IMG/VR virus record: IMGVR_UViG_3300023174_005338
Coordinates: 248,001-312,000 of that record
Strand: one strand, 5' to 3'
DNA: 64,000 bases
Under the pieces are notes generated by a model, which did not search any database, had not been told where the DNA came from, and saw only the letters and a program-made list of their open reading frames with translations. Shown in pieces: positions 56,474 to 64,000 of the stretch. A program made the translations under genes and the position numbers. Position 1 is the first letter of the stretch. The number at the start of each line of letters is the position of its first letter.

Positions 56474-58792
56474 ATGGGATTAACCAAACCGCGTGCCGCG
56501 CAGATATTTAATTTAGATTACAAACAAAGTACGCGAGTCGTTACCGCCACCAACATCACCTTGAGTGGCGGTGCCCCTAACAGTGTAGATGGCATAAATC
56601 TCAGCTTGAATGACCGTGTGCTGGTAACAGGTCAAACAGCAGGCAGCCAAAACGGACTTTACCTGGTGACCACACTGGGTTCTGGTAGTAACGGAACCTG
56701 GGCTAGAACCAGCGACGGCAACGAAAACGGCGAAATTGAAGCTGGCATGATTGTCATGGTCACCGAAGGCATCATCTATGCCGACACACAGTGGAAACTG
56801 ATCACCGACGATCCTATAGTGATTGGCACCACGGCCCTGACGTTTACGCAAAACTACATGGCCAACTCAATATCGAGCGGTACATCAAACGTGGTGGTTG
56901 GTAGTAATGCCAATGTGACCATCAGTTCAGCAGGCACCGCCAATGTGTTGACTGTAAGTTCAACAGGTACAGTTACATCGGGCACAGGATCAGTTACCGG
57001 AAATATCACAGGTGGTAATATCCTAACTGGTGGCCAGGTAAGTGCCACAGGTAACATCACTGCCAACTACTTTTTGGGCAACGTGGCCTGTGCTTCGGGC
57101 ATATTTTCATCCAGAATATTCAACGGTACTAGTGAAGCCAACATTGGAGCATCGGGTGGCAATGCCAACATCAGCATAGGTGGCACATCAAACGTGGCAG
57201 TATTTGCCACCACAGGTCAATTCGTAACTGGACTGATTAGTGCCACAGGCAACATTACAGGTGGTAACGTTTTGAGCGGAGCCAACATCAATGCTACTAC
57301 TTACACAGGAACTACAGTTTCAGCCACAGCCAACATCACTGGCGGCAACGTATTAACCGGGGGGATCGCAAGTGCCACAGGCAACATCACAGGCGGCAAT
57401 ATTCGCACAGCCGGCACGGTTTCGGCCACAGGCTGTGTTTATGGTATTGAACTTTATTCAACTCAAAGCAGCGGAGATGAAGGTGGCCAGTTAAATCTAG
57501 CATTGGCCGCCACAAATACAACGTTGTCAACTTCGGTGGCCATAGATATTTTTCAAAACCGAGTAAGGATTTTTGAAACTGGCGGAACCAACCGTGGTGG
57601 ATATTTTGATCTGTCAACCTGTAATGCTGGTGTTGGCACTAACTTTGCAGCTGGTGGTGGCGGGGGCGGAACTCCTGGAGGAGCCAACACACAAGTTCAA
57701 TATAATAATTTAGGGGCTTTTGGCGCCAGTGCAGCCTTTACCTTCAACAATGTATCTAATGCTGTGGTTGTTACTGGCAATATCACCGGCGGTAACTTAT
57801 TGACTGCTGGTTTAATTAGTGCCACTGGCAATATCACCGGCGGCAACATCTTGGGCGGAGCCAATGTCAATGCAACCACGCATACAGGAACCAGTGTAAG
57901 TGTAAGTGGTGGTGTAACCGCTGCTAGTGTGGCTGGTGGTGTGATCACAGGAACATCAACATCGGTAAGTGGAGGAGTTACAGCCGCATCAGTAAGTGGT
58001 GGTGTGATCACAGGCTCAAGTGTCAGCGTGTCTGGAACTGTGACAGGTGCAAGTTTGGCTGGAACCATAACTACTGCCAGCCAAACAAATATCACCGCTG
58101 TTGGCACATTGGGCAGTTTGAGTGTGACAGCCAACACAACTGTTGGTAACTTATTGACCGGAGGTTTGATTTCGGCCACAGGCAACATCAGCGGGGGTAA
58201 TTTTAATATTACAGGTAACATTGTTGACACAGGTGCATTGGCCATCATCACCAGCTCCAACGGTAACATTACCTTGTCACCCAATGGCACCGGCGTAATC
58301 GTAGTCAACACCGATATTAGAAATGGTCAAGCCAATGCCACAGGTAACATTGGTAGTGCTACAAACTACTTCAATACTGTGTTTGCCAAAGCCACTAGTG
58401 CTCAATATGCCGACTTGGCAGAAATGTATGCCAGTGACCAGCCGTATTCTCCTGGCACCGTAGTAGAATTTGGAGGATCTGCAGAAATCACACAATCTAC
58501 CCAAAGTCATAACACACGTGTGACTGGTATAGTATCCACCAATCCTAGTTACTTGATGAATGCCACACTCACGGGCGATCATGTGTTGCCAGTGGCCTTG
58601 GTGGGACGAGTCCCTTGTCAGGTTGTTGGAACCATTGTCAAAGGCGATCGCCTGGTGGCCAGCGACAAGCCCGGTGTTGCCACAGCCCTGGATGGGGCCA
58701 AGTATCAGCCGGCTTGCATTATTGGTAAGGCCTTGGAAAACTATGATTCTACAGAAGTTGGAACCATAGAAGTGGCCGTGGGCAGGACCTGA
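56474..58792 (+). CDS. Second fibre-like protein with the same C-terminal chaperone-like domain
   Basis: DRVLVTGQTAGSQNGLY…WARTSD N-terminal module, SATGNITGGN repeats, C-terminal ATSAQYADLAEMY…IIGKAL. Confidence 0.75.
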   Translation: MGLTKPRAAQIFNLDYKQSTRVVTATNITLSGGAPNSVDGINLSLNDRVLVTGQTAGSQNGLYLVTTLGSGSNGTWARTSDGNENGEIEAGMIVMVTEGIIYADTQWKLITDDPIVIGTTALTFTQNYMANSISSGTSNVVVGSNANVTISSAGTANVLTVSSTGTVTSGTGSVTGNITGGNILTGGQVSATGNITANYFLGNVACASGIFSSRIFNGTSEANIGASGGNANISIGGTSNVAVFATTGQFVTGLISATGNITGGNVLSGANINATTYTGTTVSATANITGGNVLTGGIASATGNITGGNIRTAGTVSATGCVYGIELYSTQSSGDEGGQLNLALAATNTTLSTSVAIDIFQNRVRIFETGGTNRGGYFDLSTCNAGVGTNFAAGGGGGGTPGGANTQVQYNNLGAFGASAAFTFNNVSNAVVVTGNITGGNLLTAGLISATGNITGGNILGGANVNATTHTGTSVSVSGGVTAASVAGGVITGTSTSVSGGVTAASVSGGVITGSSVSVSGTVTGASLAGTITTASQTNITAVGTLGSLSVTANTTVGNLLTGGLISATGNISGGNFNITGNIVDTGALAIITSSNGNITLSPNGTGVIVVNTDIRNGQANATGNIGSATNYFNTVFAKATSAQYADLAEMYASDQPYSPGTVVEFGGSAEITQSTQSHNTRVTGIVSTNPSYLMNATLTGDHVLPVALVGRVPCQVVGTIVKGDRLVASDKPGVATALDGAKYQPACIIGKALENYDSTEVGTIEVAVGRT

Positions 58793-59454
58793 TGCAAGCC
58801 CGATATCGCACAGACTACGCTGGCGAATTTGTCATACTAGAAACACGCTGGACCGGTGGCCGTAAAACTGAAAACAGAGAGTGGATTGCTAATCCCATTG
58901 AAAATCATCATATCTCGGGCCGGGCTGCTTGTATTGGCAGCGATCTAGATATCTGGCAGTTTGATCATTGTCGACTGCAACGACATCGTGGTGGTTTGCT
59001 GGGTTCAAAAAAATTGCAGACCTATGGCACCGGTGCTATAGCTCAACAGATGCGCTTGGATTTTACTGTGGCTACCAGTCAGTCTGATCTGGACCTGATC
59101 ATGGCACAGCAATATCAAACTCAAAATATCGTTTACACCAGCCCTCGTCATTGCATCCTAAATCCGGGCGAATTTTATTTAATTCCCTACAGGCCTAGGA
59201 TTACCGACATGGCCACCATCATATATCTGGCCGCATTCGATGGTCACAAAGAAATATTTTTATTGGGCTACAATGACGAACTGCCAGGCGGCCACAACGA
59301 ATGGGTACAGCAGATCTCCAAGATATTTGAAGCCTACAGTGGTGTTAAATTTTATTTGATAGGTCAAAAAACACGCATGCCAGATGTCTGGTTGAATTGT
59401 GCCAATGTGCAAAACATGACTTATCGCGACTTCATTGGCTACTGCGATTGTTGA
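58792..59454 (+). CDS. Hypothetical protein, distantly similar to 47851-48438
   Basis: AACIGS, LQTYG, YLAAFDGHKEIFLLGY…W…I…Y..VKF pattern. Confidence 0.5.
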   Translation: MQARYRTDYAGEFVILETRWTGGRKTENREWIANPIENHHISGRAACIGSDLDIWQFDHCRLQRHRGGLLGSKKLQTYGTGAIAQQMRLDFTVATSQSDLDLIMAQQYQTQNIVYTSPRHCILNPGEFYLIPYRPRITDMATIIYLAAFDGHKEIFLLGYNDELPGGHNEWVQQISKIFEAYSGVKFYLIGQKTRMPDVWLNCANVQNMTYRDFIGYCDC

Positions 59455-59879
59455 ACCGTGGCCTCAATGGTCATTATTTTACTTTGCACTGCTTGAAAAT
59501 TCACGGTTGACCAAAGTCCTGGGTGCATGGGTCTAGGCCAGGTTCCAGAATCAATCCAGGCATAACCCAGATGCTCGCTGTTGAGTGTAGGTTGGAATTC
59601 CTGATCGACCACACAGAAAAAAGTGTGATATTCAAATCCCGCATCGGCGGTGGTGAATTTTTCCAAAGGTATCAGTCTGAAATAGTCGGGCACAAAGCCC
59701 ATTTCTTCACGGCATTCGCGATTCATAGCTGCCAAAAGAGTTTCTCCGTGTTCCACACGACCGCCAGGAAGACCCCAGCTGCCTGGATGCTTAGGATCAC
59801 TGCGCATTAGATATAGATAGCGTTGAGTGTTTATGGCATAGAACCATACACCCACAGCAGTTACAGTACTAGACTCCAT
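59439..59879 (-). CDS. Nudix hydrolase
   Basis: Nudix box GGRVEHGETLLAAMNRECREEMG; LNSEHLGYAW. Confidence 0.9.
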   Translation of the reverse strand: MESSTVTAVGVWFYAINTQRYLYLMRSDPKHPGSWGLPGGRVEHGETLLAAMNRECREEMGFVPDYFRLIPLEKFTTADAGFEYHTFFCVVDQEFQPTLNSEHLGYAWIDSGTWPRPMHPGLWSTVNFQAVQSKIMTIEATVQQSQ

Positions 59880-61276
59880 TCGCCTCCGGGATAAAGACCC
59901 TGATATGATTTGATCCAGGCACTGCCAGTCCAGCGATATTGTAGCTCTGTGGTGAGATTGGTGACATACTGTATATTATCTGGACTTGATGCCGAGTCAA
60001 AACTTATTTGCCACCGTGAGCCATCGTATTCCACTATGTCATTGGCCTGGGCCACCAAAGGTTGTCCGCTCACACCTTCCCAGGCGTCAGGATTGGTCAA
60101 GCCAGGATTGTTGTAGTTGCCGGTGGCCTGCGTGAACAAATAACGCTGACCTGCGGCGGCCGCTGGTAGTCCAAATCCCGGACCACTGATCAAGGGATCG
60201 ATCACGGCCGTGATAGGTGCCAGGGTATTGGGTGGCACAGTGCCTTCGTTGACCGTGAACAACAGGAATCGGTCATCGGTTGGATCATAGGCCACTGTTC
60301 CGGTGATTTCGGTGCCATCTGGTTGTTCCAGGGTGATGTAACTGATACCCGGACGCAGAGTGCCATACAAGTTGACCACACTTTGCCACAACAAATTGCT
60401 GGAAGGACTGTCGGGCGGGGTCAAACTAGCATTGGGTTCGTCTACGACCTGTTGTTTTCTCAAGGCCTGTAGTTTGTTGTCGATCAGCAACACTTGATAC
60501 CCGTATGGAGTAAATCTTTGTCGTGTGCCCAGCAGGAGGTCACTGTTGGTCAGGCTTTCAGCCAAGTCACCTTGCACGTCATACACACTGGCAATGATAC
60601 GTTCAATCACACCCAGTTTTTTGACCTTGGCCGGAGGAGTTATCCACATGGGCAAGGTAAACGACAAAGTGGCTATGTCAATGGGGTTGTCGGCGTTTAC
60701 AGGAATAGTTCGACTGCTCCAGCGCACATCTTTGAGATACAGCACTGTCAAACTGGTCCAGTCTATGTAGTTGTCGGTGCTTTGAATTTCCAGACCCGGA
60801 TTGAACAAGGTCAGGATTTGTTCCAACAACTGCATTTTTTGATTGGTGTTTGATGTCCAGATATCCAGGTTTATGGTCATCTCATAGGGCACAGGCATGG
60901 CACGCTCAATGGTAAATGCATTGCCCTGCGTGGTTTCGTAAGTGTCAGTGTCAGCATCATAGGTTCGTTGTCGCACCTGTATGTTGTTGACAAAGTAAGG
61001 TTCTTGCATTCTAGGACGATCATACTTGAGATCCGTGACGTAAAATGTCATCAAGGGCGTTGCTGGCATGTCGTTGGCCGAGTTGTTTTGCAAGATAGTT
61101 TGGGCCTGTCGACTGGCATCACCGTAGCGCACAGGCACACGTACCAGAGTGTCTACGTCTGAACCAGGTCCTTGTCCAGCCTGGTTGGCACCATACTCCA
61201 CATCAAAATTAGAAAATACTCGCGCAAACTGCAACAAGAAGCGACGGATTTGAGCGTCGTAGAAAAATTGAGCGAT
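59861..61276 (-). CDS. Tail terminator / sheath stabiliser, gp15-like, with a C-terminal extension
   Basis: FFYDAQIRRFLLQFARVFSNF…RVPVRYGD…MPVPYEMTINLDIWTSNTNQKMQLLEQILTLFNP. Start inferred at ATC 61276; the track uses TTG 61237. Confidence 0.7.
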   Translation of the reverse strand: MAQFFYDAQIRRFLLQFARVFSNFDVEYGANQAGQGPGSDVDTLVRVPVRYGDASRQAQTILQNNSANDMPATPLMTFYVTDLKYDRPRMQEPYFVNNIQVRQRTYDADTDTYETTQGNAFTIERAMPVPYEMTINLDIWTSNTNQKMQLLEQILTLFNPGLEIQSTDNYIDWTSLTVLYLKDVRWSSRTIPVNADNPIDIATLSFTLPMWITPPAKVKKLGVIERIIASVYDVQGDLAESLTNSDLLLGTRQRFTPYGYQVLLIDNKLQALRKQQVVDEPNASLTPPDSPSSNLLWQSVVNLYGTLRPGISYITLEQPDGTEITGTVAYDPTDDRFLLFTVNEGTVPPNTLAPITAVIDPLISGPGFGLPAAAAGQRYLFTQATGNYNNPGLTNPDAWEGVSGQPLVAQANDIVEYDGSRWQISFDSASSPDNIQYVTNLTTELQYRWTGSAWIKSYQGLYPGGEWSLVL

Positions 61277-61278
61277 GA

Positions 61279-62631
61279 TTATCTCCCTGGAGGTCTTGGG
61301 TTGGGTGGTGTAATATTGCCACCTTGGTCACCGTTGTCGGCTTGTATTTCCAGGATCTTGCTCAAACTCTGGCGGCTTGGAATGTTTCCAATGTCTGTGG
61401 TAGGAACTGTGTAGGTGTTGTTGACAAAGCTGGCACGCTGAGTCAAGGCCTGGGTGGCATAGTCTAAGTCAGTCCTTACATTGTCAGTGATGGCCAGCCA
61501 AGCCTGTCCGTTGTAACGGAACAAGCGATTGGGGAAATAATCCAGTCTCAGACAGTAATCTCCCAAGATCGGTGTGGGAGGAAATTGTGTGCCAGGCGTG
61601 ACCGGAAGACCATTGGGTGCATGAGTTGATCCGGTGAGGTACCCTTGTGCATAGCCGAAGCCGTTGGGTGTGATTCCTTCTCCGGTTTGTGTGCCATCCA
61701 CGGTGTTAGTAGTGTTGTCAGCAGTGAGTCCGGCACTGGCAGGTTCACCATTGGGCCCGGTGGGCAGGATGTAAAATTTAACGTTATCATAGCCCGAAAG
61801 TGGAACTTCTTCATAGGCCTGTGTGAGTATGGCATCGTTGATGGCCAAGTCTTTGGGTCGTGTGCTTTGCTTGTCACCCACGGTGTTGGGCGTGGTGATT
61901 ACCGCCCAGTATGCGGTGTTTGAGATGTCTGTGCCAGGTGGTACATTCTGTGCGGCCTGATAATAGGTGCCGCCGTTGTTGACTATTTCGCCTGCAGGAT
62001 AAAAGTTGCCAGGATCCCAGATGTTTTCAGGCATGAATGGTTGATCAATGATTTGGCTGTATTCTTGTGCATTGACCATGGGCGTGGCCTTGATGCGCCA
62101 CAGGTGTGGTTGCCAGGTCTGGCTGAATCCTTCGCTGGCAAAATTGCCATCTTGTATCACATAGTATCTGGCCAGGCTCTTGACCAAGGTGGTATCCAGG
62201 GGATGATAATCTCGAAGATTGGGTATTTCAATTACATCGCCACTCATGAGCTTGCGACCCAGGGTGTCTATCATGTCGTTGTAGTGGAAGGTGATAAACA
62301 AGGTATCACCGTTGAGAAACAGGCCAAACTGCGTAAGGTCAAAATCTATGTCTTGGGTTCTATAAACACCGCGCATGACAAACACATCAGGAGCATACAC
62401 TCGATCGCGGTTTTCCAACAACAGGAGATCTTCGATAAAAAGTGGATTGGTACTGTTGTAGTTGGGTATAGTGGCATCATTGTTGCCGTTGTCGGTGCCA
62501 GCACCCTGCGGACCAAGATATTTGTGCACCAGGATATCAATGCCGCCCACAGTGAACATTTCACTGATGTTGCGATCAAGATATTGGTAATCGTAGGTTC
62601 GATTGGGGCGATAAAGGCTCAAGCGTGGCAT
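61279..62631 (-). CDS. Neck / head-closure protein, gp14-like
   Basis: MPRLSLYRP…IEDLLLLENRDRVY…DLTQFGLFL…LGRKLMSGDVIEIP; ATG at 62631 lies 7 nt after TAAATA; precedes the gp15-like gene. Confidence 0.65.
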   Translation of the reverse strand: MPRLSLYRPNRTYDYQYLDRNISEMFTVGGIDILVHKYLGPQGAGTDNGNNDATIPNYNSTNPLFIEDLLLLENRDRVYAPDVFVMRGVYRTQDIDFDLTQFGLFLNGDTLFITFHYNDMIDTLGRKLMSGDVIEIPNLRDYHPLDTTLVKSLARYYVIQDGNFASEGFSQTWQPHLWRIKATPMVNAQEYSQIIDQPFMPENIWDPGNFYPAGEIVNNGGTYYQAAQNVPPGTDISNTAYWAVITTPNTVGDKQSTRPKDLAINDAILTQAYEEVPLSGYDNVKFYILPTGPNGEPASAGLTADNTTNTVDGTQTGEGITPNGFGYAQGYLTGSTHAPNGLPVTPGTQFPPTPILGDYCLRLDYFPNRLFRYNGQAWLAITDNVRTDLDYATQALTQRASFVNNTYTVPTTDIGNIPSRQSLSKILEIQADNGDQGGNITPPNPRPPGR

Positions 62632-62653
62632 AGTCTTGTATTTATGGGGCAAA

Positions 62654-62682
62654 TTGACTTGACATGCCAAAGCAGTTATAAT
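62654..62682 (+). promoter_or_regulatory. Sigma70-type (early) promoter
   Basis: TTGACT-17 nt-TATAAT, 7 nt before ATG 62690. Confidence 0.7.
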
Positions 62683-62689
62683 TACAAGC

Positions 62690-62944
62690 ATGGATGAACT
62701 ACTAGAACGTCTGGACCAAATTGAGCGCAAAATACCACAGATCCGCAACAAAGTGGCCCGCAGAGATCTAATGAAAATGCTCAAAAACATTGATGCGGCC
62801 ATTAATGAGATCAGCCGCGAAAGTGTAGAGTGTCGTAGATTGCATAAAGAAACCCTGCGCCACAAGGAATTGGTCCAGCAGGTCAAAACATTGATTGCTA
62901 ATCTGGAGCAACACCTAACATTTGCGGCCTTATTAAACGGTTGA
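62690..62944 (+). CDS. Hypothetical early protein (84 aa, helical)
   Basis: Directly downstream of a consensus promoter; coiled-coil-like. Confidence 0.65.
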   Translation: MDELLERLDQIERKIPQIRNKVARRDLMKMLKNIDAAINEISRESVECRRLHKETLRHKELVQQVKTLIANLEQHLTFAALLNG

Positions 62945-62969
62945 CCAAAAATGAGTCACATGTTATAAT
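62941..62969 (+). promoter_or_regulatory. Sigma70-type (early) promoter
   Basis: TTGACC-17 nt-TATAAT, then AGGAG Shine-Dalgarno before ATG 62993. Confidence 0.7.
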
Positions 62970-62992
62970 AATCAAATAACCTAGGAGAACCC

Positions 62993-64000
62993 ATGAACGC
63001 ACGAGCCGCAACTGTGATCAAACCTTTGAATCCCAAAGGCGCTGAAACCAAATATGTTGGGCACGAACCCGACTGGAAATTCCAACCCACAGAAGATAAT
63101 CGCATCAGTGCATTCAGCAAGGCCTTTGCCTGGTACAACTATCACTATGGCAAAAAAGATGCCAAGGACATGCTGTGTCAGTATCTGGACGTCAATCACC
63201 GAAGCAAGGATGCCAAACTCATGCGTGGCATTCCGGACAGCCAGATTCGTTTGACCCCGGCCTGGGTGTGCAGGATGACCTTGATGGGTCTGACGCTCAA
63301 CGAGCATGAACAATGTATCATTGACGAACAGATCGCCACGATGCTGAAAATCAAACAAGAAGTCAAAAAGGTCATTGATGAAGCCGAAGTGGCTGTGGCA
63401 AAACTGACCATACAGGATCATCTGCGTGAGAAAGTGTCCGAGTGTGCTGGCGAGCTAGAAGGCATGTTTGATGACTTTATCTCAGCTGGCGCCAAGATGA
63501 CGGCGGACTGGAAACCCATTGCTCAGATCCGTGGCATGAACATCAGTCCCAACATGGTGGGCACCATTGCTGATGTGTGGAAAAAGAAGTTGGCTGAATT
63601 TGAGGAAGTGCTAGAAGGAACCGATGCTGACTTGGCTGAAGGTTACAGTCATTTAAACAAAAATCAAATCAAACAGTGCATCAAATTCATTGAACAGGTC
63701 ATTGCTGACTGTGGCAACTATGTGCAGATCAAAAAAGTGGAACGCAAACCTAGGGCCAAGAAAGCGGTTAGCCCTGAAAAACTATCAGCCAAGTTCAAGT
63801 ACATGAAAGACTTTGCCGAGCTTAAACTGACCAGCATAGCACCTGCACAATTGGTCAATGCCAGCGAAGCTTGGTTGTACGACACCAAGAAACGCAAGTT
63901 GATCCATGTGATGTGTGACAGTCACTTGGGTTCGTTCAGTGTCAAAGGATCGGCCATTGTGGGTTTTGACACCATGCAAACTGTACAAAAAACTCTACGC
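62993..64000 (+). CDS. Hypothetical phage protein, at least 336 aa, truncated by the window end
   Basis: MNARAATVIKPLNPKGAETKYVGHEPDW…AFAWYNYHY…LAEGYSHL…AWLYDTKKRKL…SVKGSAIVGFD…VQKTLR; open to the window end; absent from the ORF track. Confidence 0.75.
   Translation, partial: MNARAATVIKPLNPKGAETKYVGHEPDWKFQPTEDNRISAFSKAFAWYNYHYGKKDAKDMLCQYLDVNHRSKDAKLMRGIPDSQIRLTPAWVCRMTLMGLTLNEHEQCIIDEQIATMLKIKQEVKKVIDEAEVAVAKLTIQDHLREKVSECAGELEGMFDDFISAGAKMTADWKPIAQIRGMNISPNMVGTIADVWKKKLAEFEEVLEGTDADLAEGYSHLNKNQIKQCIKFIEQVIADCGNYVQIKKVERKPRAKKAVSPEKLSAKFKYMKDFAELKLTSIAPAQLVNASEAWLYDTKKRKLIHVMCDSHLGSFSVKGSAIVGFDTMQTVQKTLR

Noticed and set aside
41099-58311. Long antisense ORFs (41099-41848, 51484-52503, 53293-54609, 55072-55941, 57697-58311)
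   Set aside because: Mirror images of low-complexity or repetitive coding on the + strand.
55940-58790. Similar 3' ends of the two fibre genes as a possible DGR template/variable pair
   Set aside because: Both copies are coding, differences are not adenine-specific, and no reverse transcriptase is in the window.
62632-62886. 85-aa N-terminal extension of the neck ORF given in the track
   Set aside because: It overlaps a promoter-supported + strand gene, and ATG 62631 has its own TAAATA box.
1-64000. Stop-codon reassignment as seen in some large phages
   Set aside because: Core genes are intact in code 11 and end at TAA, TAG (gp55, gp46, gp21) and TGA (gp23) at the expected positions.

Overview
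Core segment of a large T4-related myovirus genome, with no host chromosomal genes and the standard genetic code. From left to right: (1) a minus-strand baseplate block with a giant virion ORF of at least 4,031 aa that runs off the window start and is missing from the ORF track, plus gp6-, gp25-, gp5-, hub-, gp53- and gp48/54-like genes; (2) late sigma factor gp55 and the gp47/gp46 recombination nuclease; (3) two radical SAM genes, a GIY-YIG gene and a ~400-nt structured non-coding region; (4) a DUF1415 / aminoacyl-transferase-like / DUF6614-like trio and tail-chaperone genes; (5) tape measure, portal, prohead core, protease, scaffold and major capsid; (6) an HNH homing endonuclease, a TPR-glycosyltransferase, fibre genes, a Nudix hydrolase and neck genes. 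The standout is a 4.3-kb cassette inserted between gp47 and gp46. It encodes a divergent adenylate-forming enzyme, a Bug/TctC solute-binding protein and a NagG/NagH-like salicylate 5-hydroxylase alpha/beta pair, i.e. a phage-borne aromatic-acid module that suggests a Betaproteobacteria host. Other notable signals are the unrecognised structured RNA behind the GIY-YIG gene, a predicted -1 frameshift in the tail chaperone, a synonymously recoded capsid 3' end next to the HNH gene, probable leaderless late mRNAs, and a probable ATC start codon. All family assignments come from motif recognition by eye; no searches were run.
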